Assembly (NCBI GenBank): GCA_046713375.1
Contig: JBKKBV010000080.1
Span: 1 to 35,465 of the forward strand
From: Candidatus Limnocylindria bacterium
GTDB taxonomy: Bacteria; Chloroflexota; Limnocylindria; QHBO01
Length of the DNA stretch: 35,465 nucleotides
Reading direction: 5' to 3'
The translations under genes and the position numbers were made by a program. Of this stretch, positions 1 to 9,778 are shown piece after piece; within the stretch, counting starts at the first letter, position 1, and each line of letters begins with the position of its first letter. The notes below the pieces were generated by a model that was not told the DNA's origin, searched no databases, and worked only from the letters and a program-made list of their open reading frames with translations.

Positions 1-29
1 CACGAGCTCTCGCGCCCAGGGGGGAGCCA

Positions 30-317
30 TCAGCGGCCACGTCCGCGTGTGCGGAGGAGTGCCCCGAGCTCAAGCAGCCACGCCTCCAGCCCAGGGTCCG
101 CGTATGAGTAGGCGTCGTAGGTGTAGCCGACCATCGCCGCTCCGTGGGTCGTCGCATATTCAGCGGCCGACTGCGTCCGCCAGGGGAACGAGGCGGAAGC
201 GCGAGCCTCTCGCTCGGAGTCCGCGCGCGGACGCCCCTCCGACGCGACGCGCGCCTCGTGGCGGGCGCGCCAGCGGTCGGTCAATCGGTCAAGGCGCTGC
301 CGGCGGGAATCGGTCAC
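30..317 (-). CDS. hypothetical small protein (95 aa)
   Basis: Complete ORF. Its GTG start (315-317) overlaps the TGA stop of the upstream MMPL gene (314-316) as GTGA, which suggests coupling. No family recognised. The Arg-rich N-terminal half means it could also be a GC-driven spurious ORF. Confidence 0.35.
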   Translation of the reverse strand: MTDSRRQRLDRLTDRWRARHEARVASEGRPRADSEREARASASFPWRTQSAAEYATTHGAAMVGYTYDAYSYADPGLEAWLLELGALLRTRGRGR

Positions 318-2803
318 CGTGCAGTGGCGTCAACCGTGGGCGAGCCGACCTCGTACAGGCCGAGTCGGGCAACCCTCCGCTGCAGCCAGGCCGGAGCCCA
401 CCAATTGACGCGTCCCATGATGCGCATGAAGGCGGGCACCAGCAGCCCGCGCACGATCGTCGCGTCGATCAGGATCGCCAGCGACATCGTCACGCCCAGG
501 GCCTTGATCGAGGTGATGCTCGACATCCCGAACGCGGCGAAGACCGCGACCATGATCAATGCAGCGCCGGTGATCATCCCGCCGGTGAGGCCGATCCCCT
601 CCGCCACGGCGCGGGTGTTGTCGCCCGTTGCCAGATATCGCTCGCGAATGCGCGACAGGAGGAGCACCTCGTAGTCCATCGAGAGGCCGAAGAGAATCGC
701 GAACATGATGATCGGCTGCCACGCGCCGATCGTGCCGGATGTCTCAAAGCCCAGCAGGCCGGCCAGGTTCCCGTCCTGGAAGATCCAGACCAGCGCTCCA
801 AAGCTGGCGCTGACGCTGATCAGGCTCATCAGCACCGCCTTGATCGGGAGAAACACCGATCCGAAGATGAGGAACAGGACGACGCCGGTGACCAGCACCA
901 CGATCAGGATCGCGATCGGTACCGATGCGCGGAAGCTGGTCATGAAGTCGGCCGAGCGCGACGGCAATCCCGCGGTCAGGGCCTGGGCTCCGGGCGGCGG
1001 CTCGATGGTCCGCACCTCGCCGACGACCGCGCGACCCTCCTCGGAGTCGGGGACGGCGCTCGAGAAGACGCGCAGCTTGACGGTATCGCCCGCGAGCCAG
1101 GTGCCGATGTAGTCATCCAGGGCCGCCTGCACCGCAGCGGGTCGTTGGTCGGGCTCCAGCGCCAGCAGGGCGCGGTAATCGTCCGCCGCAACGCCGGGCG
1201 GGGGCGTCAGCACGCTATCGACCTGCGTCACCAGGTCGAGCCCTTCCACGCGGTCCGCGTAGGCGGCCACCTCCGACTGGCGCTCGGCGGACAGCGCGCC
1301 AGCCAGCTCCTCGTCCGGCCAGGTGAGCGCGACGGTGATGGGATCGCTCTCGCCGCCGGGGAACTTGTCGGCGATCACCTCGAACCCGATGCGGGCCGGG
1401 ATCCGCGGAAGGTCGGTGATGTTCTGCCCCGTCGAGAGCTGGATCCCCAGGAACGGCGAGCCCGCTACCAGGAGGACCGCGAGCACCGGCAGCGCCACGA
1501 GCAGCGGCCGGCGCATCACTCGTGCCGCGATCCAGGACCACACGCCGTGCCCCTGGCGGCGGTCGGCCTCGTCCGCGTCCTCTTCGATCAGGCGCAGGAA
1601 GCGTGGCAGCGGGACGCGCAGCCGGTTGACTCGCGGGCCAAGCAGGGCCAGGAGCGCGGGGAGGACGGTCAACCCGAAGACCAGCGTCGACACGACCGTG
1701 AGGATCCCGCCGATGCCCATGCTGCGAAGTGCCGCGGCGTCGAACACGACGAGCGAGGAGAGGCCGATGGCGACCGCAATGCCCGACACCGCCACCGCCT
1801 TGCCGACGCTGCCCATCATCCGCTCAAGGGCGATCTCCACGTCGTGATGCCGAAGCTCCTCGCGGAAGCGGCTGACCATGAAGAGCGAGTAGTCGATCGC
1901 CAGTGCCAGGCCGATCATGGTGGCGATGTTGGTGACGAAGATGCTCATCTCGGTGACGTTGGCCAGCAGGCTGATGCCCGCGAAGGCGGTCGGCATGGCG
2001 AAGCCGGCGATCACCAGCGGCAGCGCCGCGCCGACCAGGGTGCCGAAGACGGCGAGCAGGATCAGCAGCGCGATCGGCAGGCTGATCGCCTCGGCCTGCA
2101 GGAGGTCGCTCTCGATCTTGGCGTTGAACTCGTGATACACCTGTGGAATTCCGGTGATCCACATCTCGACCCCCGGCGGACGCACCACCTCCTCGGCCAG
2201 CCGCCCGGCGTCATTGACAGCCTCCTCGACCCCCTTGTCGAGGTAGACCGCGGCCATGGTGGTGGTCCCGTCCTCGCTGAGCAGGGCGGGTGCGCCGCTG
2301 CTCGCGTAGGTCTGCACCTTCGTCACCGACGGGTCGTCCGCGACGCGGATCAGGCTGGCCTCGACCAGTGCCTGGAACTCGGACGATGCGGCGTCGCCGT
2401 CCGGGTCGACGTAGACGACCAGCATGGTGGTCTCTTCGCTCCCGAAGCGGTCGGCGATGATCGCGGCGGCACGCTGCTCCTCGGAGCCGTCGATCACCCA
2501 GCCACCCTGGATCAGCGTCCCGCCCGAGGCCGCCGCCCAGGCATTGGTACCGATCACGATCGCCAGCCCCACGATGGGCAGCCAGCGCCGGAACCGATAG
2601 TCGAAGCGTCCGACCGCGGCGAAGATGCCGGTCGGGTGACGCTCTCGCACGTGCCCGTTCGGGAGAGGCGGGTTGGGGGCCAGGGACAACGGATCACCTC
2701 GAATGGGCTGAGGTTCGCGATTCGCCGGGGCGAAGGGTACAGGGTCGTTATGATCCGCGCGTGAATCGTCCCGCCGCCGCCGCGTGACCAGCCTCGCCCC
2801 CAC
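314..2803 (-). CDS. MMPL-family (RND superfamily) membrane transporter
   Basis: 829-aa ORF with two TM bundles, each preceded by a large soluble loop. Typical MMPL motifs are present: IDYSLFMVSRFREEL and GLSMDYEVLLLSRIRE. The start is uncertain: ATG 2803 overlaps the divergent MFS gene by 20 nt. In-frame GTG 2650 (VRERHPTGIFAAVGRFDYRFRRW) would give the usual MMPL N-terminus. Confidence 0.9.
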   Translation of the reverse strand: MGARLVTRRRRDDSRADHNDPVPFAPANREPQPIRGDPLSLAPNPPLPNGHVRERHPTGIFAAVGRFDYRFRRWLPIVGLAIVIGTNAWAAASGGTLIQGGWVIDGSEEQRAAAIIADRFGSEETTMLVVYVDPDGDAASSEFQALVEASLIRVADDPSVTKVQTYASSGAPALLSEDGTTTMAAVYLDKGVEEAVNDAGRLAEEVVRPPGVEMWITGIPQVYHEFNAKIESDLLQAEAISLPIALLILLAVFGTLVGAALPLVIAGFAMPTAFAGISLLANVTEMSIFVTNIATMIGLALAIDYSLFMVSRFREELRHHDVEIALERMMGSVGKAVAVSGIAVAIGLSSLVVFDAAALRSMGIGGILTVVSTLVFGLTVLPALLALLGPRVNRLRVPLPRFLRLIEEDADEADRRQGHGVWSWIAARVMRRPLLVALPVLAVLLVAGSPFLGIQLSTGQNITDLPRIPARIGFEVIADKFPGGESDPITVALTWPDEELAGALSAERQSEVAAYADRVEGLDLVTQVDSVLTPPPGVAADDYRALLALEPDQRPAAVQAALDDYIGTWLAGDTVKLRVFSSAVPDSEEGRAVVGEVRTIEPPPGAQALTAGLPSRSADFMTSFRASVPIAILIVVLVTGVVLFLIFGSVFLPIKAVLMSLISVSASFGALVWIFQDGNLAGLLGFETSGTIGAWQPIIMFAILFGLSMDYEVLLLSRIRERYLATGDNTRAVAEGIGLTGGMITGAALIMVAVFAAFGMSSITSIKALGVTMSLAILIDATIVRGLLVPAFMRIMGRVNWWAPAWLQRRVARLGLYEVGSPTVDATAR

Positions 2804-4124
2804 CGCGTGGTGGCGCGGACTGGGCGGCCTGACCCGATCTGGAAGCGCCCTCGAGGGGCTCTCGTGGGCCTTCTACGACTTCGCCAACACCATCTTCTCG
2901 TTCGCCATCGTCAGCTTCGCGATGGGCCCCTGGGCGACTCGCTTCCTTGGCGAGGCGACCGGCACATTCCTCTTCACCGTGGCACTGAGCCTTTCAGTCG
3001 CGGTCAACGCGGTCGTCTCGCCAGTGCTCGGGGCAATGTCCGACCGCACCGGTGGCCGGAAGCGATACCTGCTTGTTTTCACGGTCATGTGCGTGGCCCC
3101 TACCCTGTTCATCGGCTTTGTCAACATCGGCCTCGGTCTGCTCTTCTTCGCGATCGCCAACTTCGGCTTCCAGGCAGCGCTCATCTATTACGACGCCATG
3201 CTGCCGGACGTCGCTCGTCCGGGGATGCTCGGCCGCCTCTCAGGGGTTGGCGTGGCGCTGGGTTACGTTGGAACGATCGTCTCCGGGCTCCTGTTCGGCC
3301 TGACAGTCACTGATGACGGAGAGACGACGGCTGCCAGCTTCCTGCTCATTGGCTCGCTCTTCGCAATCTTCGCGATCCCGATCTTTGCCATCGTCCATGA
3401 GCGAAAGGCGGTCGGCATCCCCTTCCGGGCTGGCAACGCGCTGCGCTCGTGGTCACAGGTGGCCGCCACGATCCGCAACGCTCGGCGATTCCCAGGTCTC
3501 ATGCGCTTCATCGTTGGTCGCTTCTTCTACACCGACCCGATCAACACGGCGATCGCGGTGATGAGCCTGTTCGCCATCAACGCCATTGGCTTCACTCAAA
3601 CTGAATCGCGCTTCGTGCTGATCGGTCTCACCGTCGCGGCAGTCGTCGCCTCCTTCGGCTGGGGCGTGCTCGCCGATCGCATCGGGCCGAAGCGCACCCT
3701 CATGTGGGTGCTTGGTTCGTGGACCCTCGGCCTGCTGATCGTCGGCCTGACGCTGGAGCGGCTGCCGTTTCTCCTCGCCGGCGCGATCCTCGGCTCCGGG
3801 TTGGGCGGCGTGGCGGTGACGGATCGCCTGCTGCTGCTGCGGCTGGCGCCCCCCGCGCAGATCGGCGAGATGTTCGGCCTGTATGGCCTGGCCGGGAAGG
3901 CGAGCGCGGTGATCGGCCCGCTCGTGTATGGAGCGATCATCGGTCTGCTGCAGCCTTCGCTGGGCCGGGACGCATATCGGATCGCGATCCTGAGCCTGCT
4001 GGTGCTGATGGTGGTTGGCTTTCTCATCGTGCGGAGAGTTCCAGAGGGCAGGGAGCCCGATGGCGAGTCGCCGCTGGCCAAGCCCCTGGAGCCGGCGATC
4101 GTTCCGCCGGGGGAGGCACCATGA
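2784..4124 (+). CDS. MFS transporter, UMF1/Atg22-like subfamily
   Basis: 446 aa and hydrophobic throughout (about 12 TM). The N-terminal motif WAFYDFANTIFSF is characteristic of UMF1-type MFS proteins. GTG start. Confidence 0.8.
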   Translation: MTSLAPTAWWRGLGGLTRSGSALEGLSWAFYDFANTIFSFAIVSFAMGPWATRFLGEATGTFLFTVALSLSVAVNAVVSPVLGAMSDRTGGRKRYLLVFTVMCVAPTLFIGFVNIGLGLLFFAIANFGFQAALIYYDAMLPDVARPGMLGRLSGVGVALGYVGTIVSGLLFGLTVTDDGETTAASFLLIGSLFAIFAIPIFAIVHERKAVGIPFRAGNALRSWSQVAATIRNARRFPGLMRFIVGRFFYTDPINTAIAVMSLFAINAIGFTQTESRFVLIGLTVAAVVASFGWGVLADRIGPKRTLMWVLGSWTLGLLIVGLTLERLPFLLAGAILGSGLGGVAVTDRLLLLRLAPPAQIGEMFGLYGLAGKASAVIGPLVYGAIIGLLQPSLGRDAYRIAILSLLVLMVVGFLIVRRVPEGREPDGESPLAKPLEPAIVPPGEAP

Positions 4125-4879
4125 CGCTGGTCGTGGCGCACCGTGGCGCCTCCGCCGTCGCCCCGGAGAACACGATGGAGGCGTACCGACTCGCGGTGGA
4201 GATAGGCGCCGACGCGATCGAGCTCGACGTGCACCTGACCGCCGACGGCGAGCTGGCGCTGGTGCACGACGAGACGCTGGAGCGCACCACCGACCTTGCC
4301 GGGGCGGTTGCCGCCGTTACGCTCAAGGAGCTCGGAGCGGCCGACGCCGGGTTCCGGTTCGAAGCGCCAGACGGGTCGTTCCCGTTCCGCGGCGAGGGGA
4401 TCACCGTCCCGACCTTCGCGGAGGTGCTCGAATGGCTGCCTGACGGCATCGGGCTGGTGGTCGAGGTCAAGGCACGCGCGGCGACGGCGCCGGCGGTCGG
4501 AGCGCTGCGCAGCTCACGGGTCCGTGCCGCCGGGGCGGTGAGCCTGATCAGCTTCGACGAGCGGATCGTCGACGAGGCGCGTGAGCTCGATCCCCAGCTT
4601 CCGACCGGATACCTGCTGGTCCCGTCACAGCCGATCGAAGCCGCGCTGGTCTACGCCGTCGAGCACGGCCATGCAGCCGTGCACCTGTTCGAGGGCGATC
4701 TGGGCCTCGATCCCGCGTCGACCCTCTCCCTTGCAACTGCCTATGGTCGGTTGATGGGCTGCTACGTCGTGAACGACCCGGTCCGCATGCAGCAGCTGGC
4801 CGCCTACGGCCTGTGGGGCTTCGTGACCGATGTGCCCGACGTCGGCCGGCAGGCACTCGGTCCGCGGGCGAGCGTGTGA
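4121..4879 (+). CDS. glycerophosphodiester phosphodiesterase (GDPD family)
   Basis: MTLVVAHRGASAVAPENTMEAY followed by AIELDVHLTADGELALVHD gives the GDPD HRG/ENT/E-D-H motifs. ATG 4121 overlaps the MFS stop as ATGA. The longer 391-aa track ORF is an upstream extension lying inside the MFS gene. Confidence 0.88.
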   Translation: MTLVVAHRGASAVAPENTMEAYRLAVEIGADAIELDVHLTADGELALVHDETLERTTDLAGAVAAVTLKELGAADAGFRFEAPDGSFPFRGEGITVPTFAEVLEWLPDGIGLVVEVKARAATAPAVGALRSSRVRAAGAVSLISFDERIVDEARELDPQLPTGYLLVPSQPIEAALVYAVEHGHAAVHLFEGDLGLDPASTLSLATAYGRLMGCYVVNDPVRMQQLAAYGLWGFVTDVPDVGRQALGPRASV

Positions 4880-4892
4880 TCGGGAGGCGGAC

Positions 4893-5270
4893 CTAGCCGA
4901 GGGCGCGCTGCGCGGCCTCGGGGTTGTCGACTCCGAACGCGATCTCTACCTTGTCACCGTCCGCGCCGCTGATGAACATCGTCTCGATGTTGACCCCGGC
5001 ATCGGCGAGCTTGCGCGCGGCAGCGGCAAGGGTGCCCGGGCGATGCTCGAGGTTGGCCTGCACAATCGGCACCTCGCGGTAGACCCAGCCCTTCTCGCCC
5101 AGGGCGTTGCGCGTGCCGGACTCGTCGTCCGTGGTGAATGAGACCGTTCCGAGCTCACCCGAGGTGGCGCCGGCGACGCCGGTGATGTTGATCCCGCGCT
5201 CGGCAACCGCCTCGGCGATCATGGCAAGGCTCCCGGGCCGGTTCGGCAGCTCGACGATGAATGCGTTCAT
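4893..5270 (-). CDS. ACT-domain protein (two tandem short ACT-like repeats, 125 aa)
   Basis: MNAFIVELPNRPGSLAMIAEAVAERGINITGV repeats as ANLEHRPGTLAAAARKLADAGVNIETM. ATG 5268-5270 is preceded by AGGAGGAGG (reverse complement of 5271-5279). The rest of the 428-aa track ORF is low-complexity extension. Confidence 0.75.
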   Translation of the reverse strand: MNAFIVELPNRPGSLAMIAEAVAERGINITGVAGATSGELGTVSFTTDDESGTRNALGEKGWVYREVPIVQANLEHRPGTLAAAARKLADAGVNIETMFISGADGDKVEIAFGVDNPEAAQRALG

Positions 5271-5342
5271 GCCTCCTCCTTGCTGGTCGATTCGGAATCG
5301 ATGGAGTGTACAGGTGGGTGTCGAGGCCGCTACCCTGCGCCG

Positions 5343-6239
5343 GTGACCTACAGCATCGTCGCCCGCGATCCGGTGACCGGGCGCTTCGGGGTCGCGGTCC
5401 AGTCGCACTACCTCGGCGTCGGCGCGACCGTCCCGTGGCTCGAGGCGGGGGTCGGCGCGATCGCCACCCAGGCATCGGTCAATGTCAGCTTCGGACCGAT
5501 GGGGCTCGAGATGCTGCGTGCCGGCCAGGCGGCCGGTGCGGTGGTCGCAGCACTGGTAGCGGGCGACGAAGAGGCACGCGTCCGCCAGCTCGGGGTGGTC
5601 GACAGCCAGGGACGAGCGGCCGCGCATACCGGCGCCGACTGCATCCCCGCCTGCGGGCACCTCGTGCGCGACGGCTTCACGGTGCAGGGCAACCTGCTCG
5701 AGCGCTCGAGCTGCTGGCCGGCGATGGCTGCCGCATACGAGAGTGCTCTGGCCGAAGAGGCTCCATTCGTCGAGCGGCTGCTGCGGACGATGGAGGCGGC
5801 CGAGGCGGAGGGCGGCGACGTCCGTGGTCGCCAATCCGCGTCTATCATGGTCGTCAAGGCCGACCCCCAGCCCGCTGCCTGGCGCGGACGGCTCATGGAC
5901 CTGCGCATCGAGGATCACCCCGACCCGGTCCCCGAGCTGCGCCGGATCGTCACCATGCAGCTGGCCTACGACCTGCTGGACGAGGAAGGGGATGCCGCGG
6001 TGGCCGGCCAGAGCATGGCGGAGCGCTATGAGCTCGCCAGGCAGATGGCGCCTGACGCTTACGAGCTCACCTTCTGGCGGGGCGTCGAGCTTGCCGTGGC
6101 AGGTGACGTCGAGGCGGGTCGTCACGAGCTTCAGATCGCCTTCGAGGCCGATGCGCGCTGGCGCACGACGCTCCAGCACCTGGCAGATGCCGGCCGCCAG
6201 GGCGTCACTCCCGAGCTGGCGGCGTCGCTGCTGGGGTAG
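5343..6239 (+). CDS. DUF1028-family protein (Ntn-hydrolase-like fold)
   Basis: The N-terminus V/M-TYSIVARDPVTGRFGVAVQSHYLGVG matches the DUF1028 signature (Thr right after the initiator). In-frame GTG 5343 was chosen; the track ORF begins at 5280. Confidence 0.72.
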   Translation: MTYSIVARDPVTGRFGVAVQSHYLGVGATVPWLEAGVGAIATQASVNVSFGPMGLEMLRAGQAAGAVVAALVAGDEEARVRQLGVVDSQGRAAAHTGADCIPACGHLVRDGFTVQGNLLERSSCWPAMAAAYESALAEEAPFVERLLRTMEAAEAEGGDVRGRQSASIMVVKADPQPAAWRGRLMDLRIEDHPDPVPELRRIVTMQLAYDLLDEEGDAAVAGQSMAERYELARQMAPDAYELTFWRGVELAVAGDVEAGRHELQIAFEADARWRTTLQHLADAGRQGVTPELAASLLG

Positions 6240-6245
6240 CCGCAG

Positions 6246-7250
6246 CTACCAGTTGGTCGCGGTCGAGGCCTCGATCTGTCCCACCGATTCGAGCCAGCGC
6301 TCGGCATCGATCGCGGCCCGGCAGCCGTCACCCGCGGCGGTGACCGCCTGGCGGTACAGGTGATCGTGCACGTCCCCCGCCACGAAGACGCCCTCGACCT
6401 TGGTCCGCGTGGCGGCATCGACCAGGCAGTAGCCGCGCTCGTCGAGGTCCAGCTGGCCGGCGAAGAGGTCGGTGTTCGGCTTGTAGCCGATGGCGATGAA
6501 CAGCCCCTGCACCGGCAGGGTCGATGCCTCGCCCGTGACGGTGTCGCGCAGGGCCAGCTCGTTGACCGTCATCTCGCCGCGCACGTCCGTGACCTCGGTG
6601 TTCCAGCGCACCTCGACCTTGGGATGCGCGAAGGCACGGTCCTGCATGATCTTGCTGCCACGGAACGCCTCACGCCGCACCAGCATCGTCACCTTGGAGG
6701 CGAAGCGGGTCAGGAACAGCGCCTCCTCCAGGGCGGTGTCGCCGCCTCCCACCACGGCGATCTCTCGGTCGCGAAAGAAGAACCCGTCGCACGTCGCGCA
6801 GGCGCTCACCCCGCGTCCCCGGAACTGCTCCTCGGACTCCAGGCCCAGCCACAGCGCGGAGGCGCCGGTGGCGACGATCACGGCATCGGCCTGGTACTCG
6901 TCGTCTCCCACCCAGAGCCGATGCGGACGCTGGCTGAAGTCCACGCGGGTCACGTCCCGGTCCACGAGCTTGCTGCCGAAGCGCTCGGCCTGGTCCCGGA
7001 AGAGCTGCATCAGCTCCGGCCCCTGGATGCCGGCGGGGAAGCCGGGGTAGTTCTCCACGTCGGAGGTGATCATCAGCTGGCCGAGCGGGGTGTTGCCGGC
7101 GAAGACCATCGGCTCCAGGTTCGCCCGGGCGGCATAGATGGCGGCGGTCAGTCCGGCAGGCCCGGACCCGATGATCGCGAGCTTGTGGTGGCGGATATCG
7201 GTGCTGCCAGGTTCGGGGGTGCCCGTGCTGGGCGGTACGGTCGCGGTCAT
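6246..7250 (-). CDS. trxB: thioredoxin-disulfide reductase
   Basis: FAD motif IIGSGPAGLTAAIYAAR, redox-active CATCDG and NADPH motif VVGGGDTALEEALFLT. Length 334 aa. Confidence 0.94.
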   Translation of the reverse strand: MTATVPPSTGTPEPGSTDIRHHKLAIIGSGPAGLTAAIYAARANLEPMVFAGNTPLGQLMITSDVENYPGFPAGIQGPELMQLFRDQAERFGSKLVDRDVTRVDFSQRPHRLWVGDDEYQADAVIVATGASALWLGLESEEQFRGRGVSACATCDGFFFRDREIAVVGGGDTALEEALFLTRFASKVTMLVRREAFRGSKIMQDRAFAHPKVEVRWNTEVTDVRGEMTVNELALRDTVTGEASTLPVQGLFIAIGYKPNTDLFAGQLDLDERGYCLVDAATRTKVEGVFVAGDVHDHLYRQAVTAAGDGCRAAIDAERWLESVGQIEASTATNW

Positions 7251-7329
7251 GAATTCAGTCTAGCGAAGTCGTCGAACGGCCCGATGTCGGCGTCGGGGCG
7301 TCCGGCCCGATCCTGAGTACACTCGGGCC

Positions 7330-8556
7330 ATGATCGATCGTCGCCAGACTGTGAGCGTGGACGTGGGCGGGGTCCTGATCGGCTCCGGACATCCGATCGT
7401 GGTGCAATCGATGACCAACACCGACACGGCCGATGCGGATGCCACCGCCATCCAGGTCGCCCAGCTGGCGCACGCCGGGTCGGAGCTGGTGCGCGTCACC
7501 GTCAACAACGACGCCGCGGCCCAGGCCGTACCGATCATCCGCGAGAAGCTCGACGGGCTGGGGGTGGCGGTCCCGCTGATCGGGGACTTCCACTACAACG
7601 GTCACCTGCTGCTCACGAAATACCCCGCCTGTGCAGCCGCACTGGCGAAGTACCGCATCAACCCGGGCAACGTCGGCACCAAGCGACATGACGAGCAGTT
7701 CAGCCAGATCGTGGAAGTCGCGATCGCCAACGGCAAGCCGGTGCGGATCGGCGTGAACTGGGGCTCGCTCGACCAGCAGCTGCTGACCGAGCTGATGGAC
7801 GTCAATGCCGCGCTGCCGCAGCCGCGCGAGTCGCGCGACGTGATGATCGACGCCATGCTCGAGTCGGCGCTGCGCTCCGCGCGGCTGGCCGAGGAGACCG
7901 GGCTCGGCCACGACCGCATCATCATCTCGGCCAAGGTGTCCGGCGTGCAGGACCTGGTTGAGGTCTACGCCCGACTTGCCGAGCGGTGCGACTACCCGCT
8001 GCACCTGGGCCTCACCGAGGCGGGCATGGGATCGCGCGGCATCATCTCGTCGACCGCGGGCCTCGCCATCCTGCTGCAGCGTGGGATCGGCGACACGATT
8101 CGGGTCAGCCTCACCCCCGCGCCAGGCGGAGACCGCACCGAGGAGGTGCAGATCGCGCAGCAGGTGCTGCAATCGCTCGGCCTGCGCAGCTTCACTCCGC
8201 AGGTCAGCGCCTGCCCGGGCTGCGGCCGGACCACCTCGACCTTTTTCCAGGAGATGGCCCGCGACATCGGCGCCTACCTCCGCGACCAGATGCCGGTCTG
8301 GAGTCGCACGCACCCCGGCGTCGAGGAGATGAAGGTGGCGGTCATGGGCTGCGTGGTGAACGGACCGGGCGAGAGCAAGCACGCCGACATCGGGATCAGC
8401 CTGCCGGGCACCTTCGAAGAGCCGGTGGCGCCTGTCTTCGTGGACGGGCAGCTGCGCACGACGCTGCGCGGCGACGACATCGTGCCGCGCTTCCTGGAGA
8501 TCCTCGAAGACTACGTGGCGCAGCGCTACCCGGAGCCCGTCGCGACGCCTTCCTGA
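7330..8556 (+). CDS. ispG: 4-hydroxy-3-methylbut-2-en-1-yl diphosphate synthase
   Basis: [30 protein letters not shown], and the Fe-S cysteines in SACPGCGRT and GCVVNGPGE. Length 408 aa. Confidence 0.94.
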   Translation: MIDRRQTVSVDVGGVLIGSGHPIVVQSMTNTDTADADATAIQVAQLAHAGSELVRVTVNNDAAAQAVPIIREKLDGLGVAVPLIGDFHYNGHLLLTKYPACAAALAKYRINPGNVGTKRHDEQFSQIVEVAIANGKPVRIGVNWGSLDQQLLTELMDVNAALPQPRESRDVMIDAMLESALRSARLAEETGLGHDRIIISAKVSGVQDLVEVYARLAERCDYPLHLGLTEAGMGSRGIISSTAGLAILLQRGIGDTIRVSLTPAPGGDRTEEVQIAQQVLQSLGLRSFTPQVSACPGCGRTTSTFFQEMARDIGAYLRDQMPVWSRTHPGVEEMKVAVMGCVVNGPGESKHADIGISLPGTFEEPVAPVFVDGQLRTTLRGDDIVPRFLEILEDYVAQRYPEPVATPS

Positions 8557-8587
8557 GGGCGAGTCAGGGGCAGCTCGCCGGAGAGCG

Positions 8588-8830
8588 TCAGGTTGGCTGC
8601 AGGGCCGTCAGGAAGGTCCAGGCCGCAGCGATGAACGCGATCAGCGTGAACGCGATGATCGCCAGCGGCAAGAGGGCGACACGGACGTTCTGGCGCACGA
8701 CCTGGAGCTGCGGGTCGACGTGATCGCCGTGCAGGTCGTGGGTCGTATCGAGCACGATCCCGGTCTCGCTCGCCGTGGCCGGCACGCTGGCCGGCGCAGT
8801 GGACGGCACCTGGGGTTCCATCACCATCAT
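8588..8830 (-). CDS. small tail-anchored membrane protein with HDLHGDH motif (80 aa)
   Basis: ATG 8828-8830 overlaps the stop of the tlpA-like gene as ATGA. A single C-terminal TM is present (VALLPLAIIAFTLIAFIAAAWTFL). No family recognised. Confidence 0.5.
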   Translation of the reverse strand: MMVMEPQVPSTAPASVPATASETGIVLDTTHDLHGDHVDPQLQVVRQNVRVALLPLAIIAFTLIAFIAAAWTFLTALQPT

Positions 8831-9411
8831 TCCTCTGCCAGGATCTTCGCCAGCCCTCGCTCCAGGTCGGCGGCGCTGAGCTTGCCGATCTGGCGGCGCA
8901 CCACCACCCCGTCGCGGTCGATGAAGAAGGTGTCGGGTGGCCAGATGATGCCGAACTGGGCCGCGACGGCCTCGTTCCGGTCCATCGCCGTCGGCCAGGT
9001 CGCTCCCATCTGTGCCAGGAACTCGCGTGCCGCCTCCGAGCCGTCGCGGAACACGATCCCCACCACCGCAAGCTGCTCACCCTCGTGTGCGGCGGCTGCG
9101 GACGTCAGCAGCGCGAATTCGTCGCGGCATGGGCCGCACCAGCTGGCCCAGAAGTTGACGATCACCGGGCGCCCGCGCAGGTCCGCAAGACTCAGAGGAT
9201 TCCCGTCGAGATCGGTCAGCGCGAAGTCAGGTGCAGGTTGGCCGACGCGTGCCAGGGTGGGAGCGGCCGGCCCGGCCAGCAGGAGCGCGCCCCAGACGGC
9301 CAGGATCAGGAGCGGAGCGAAGGCGGACACGGCGTAGTACGAGCGCGGCAGGGTGCGAGAGCCGCTCCGCGGCGTGGCTTGACCGATTGGTTCGCCGGTC
9401 GTGGCAGTCAT
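8827..9411 (-). CDS. TlpA/ResA-like membrane-anchored thiol:disulfide oxidoreductase
   Basis: Signal-anchor YYAVSAFAPLLILAVWGALLLAG, then a thioredoxin fold with VIVNFWASWCGPCRDE. ATG 9409-9411 lies 7 nt after the stop of the preceding gene. The track ORF extends to 9582 inside that gene. Confidence 0.85.
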   Translation of the reverse strand: MTATTGEPIGQATPRSGSRTLPRSYYAVSAFAPLLILAVWGALLLAGPAAPTLARVGQPAPDFALTDLDGNPLSLADLRGRPVIVNFWASWCGPCRDEFALLTSAAAAHEGEQLAVVGIVFRDGSEAAREFLAQMGATWPTAMDRNEAVAAQFGIIWPPDTFFIDRDGVVVRRQIGKLSAADLERGLAKILAEE

Positions 9412-9418
9412 CGACGTG

Positions 9419-9766
9419 TCAATGCCCCGCTGCGTCGTCATGCGGCCCGCGCTCGACCTCGTCCCACTCGCGACCCGCCGCGCGGACCCAGGCCACCACC
9501 GCATACAAGAAGATGAGCAGGCCGGGGATCGCCAGGAAGGGATTGGCGAGCTGATCGTCGGTTCGGAATGCAAGGCCTGCACCCAGCAGCCCCCCGCCCA
9601 CGGCCAGAATCACGGGCAACGGACTCGGATTCGGCAGGTGCACGCCCCGCGGCGGCCTGGGACGCGCCGTCGAGACACTGACGTGGCTGGTGATGGCGTA
9701 CACGACGCCGAGCACGAAGGTGATGCCGATCGCCAGGAGCAAGTAGCCGAACGCGGTGTCGTTCAC
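9419..9766 (-). CDS. putative cytochrome c oxidase subunit IV-like membrane protein (CtaF-like)
   Basis: 115 aa with 3 predicted TM, directly downstream of ctaE. The GTG start is preceded by AGGAGG (reverse complement of 9775-9780). The LPNPSPLPVILAVGGG segment resembles the PSxWP segment of actinobacterial CtaF. Assignment is by position plus weak motif similarity. Confidence 0.55.
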   Translation of the reverse strand: MNDTAFGYLLLAIGITFVLGVVYAITSHVSVSTARPRPPRGVHLPNPSPLPVILAVGGGLLGAGLAFRTDDQLANPFLAIPGLLIFLYAVVAWVRAAGREWDEVERGPHDDAAGH

Positions 9767-9778
9767 TCGATCAGCCTC

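Noticed and set aside
47-2764. 905-aa plus-strand ORF covering almost the whole MMPL gene in antisense.
   Set aside because: The translation is low-complexity, rich in Arg, Gly, Asp, His and Gln, with no TM or domain signature. It is a typical shadow ORF of GC-rich DNA opposite a well-supported gene.
4893-6179. 428-aa version of the ACT-domain ORF.
   Set aside because: Only the last 125 aa look like a protein (ACT repeats), and they are preceded by a perfect AGGAGG. The upstream 300 aa are antisense to the DUF1028 gene and low complexity.
7255-8382. 375-aa minus-strand ORF antisense to ispG.
   Set aside because: No recognisable motifs and Arg/Leu/Ala/Gly-biased composition. ispG is unequivocal on the plus strand.
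8557-8587. Possible terminator hairpin GGCGAG-n10-CTCGCC (8559-8579) between the convergent ispG and small membrane protein genes.
   Set aside because: The stem is only 6 bp with a 10-nt loop and no U-tract, which is too weak to call.
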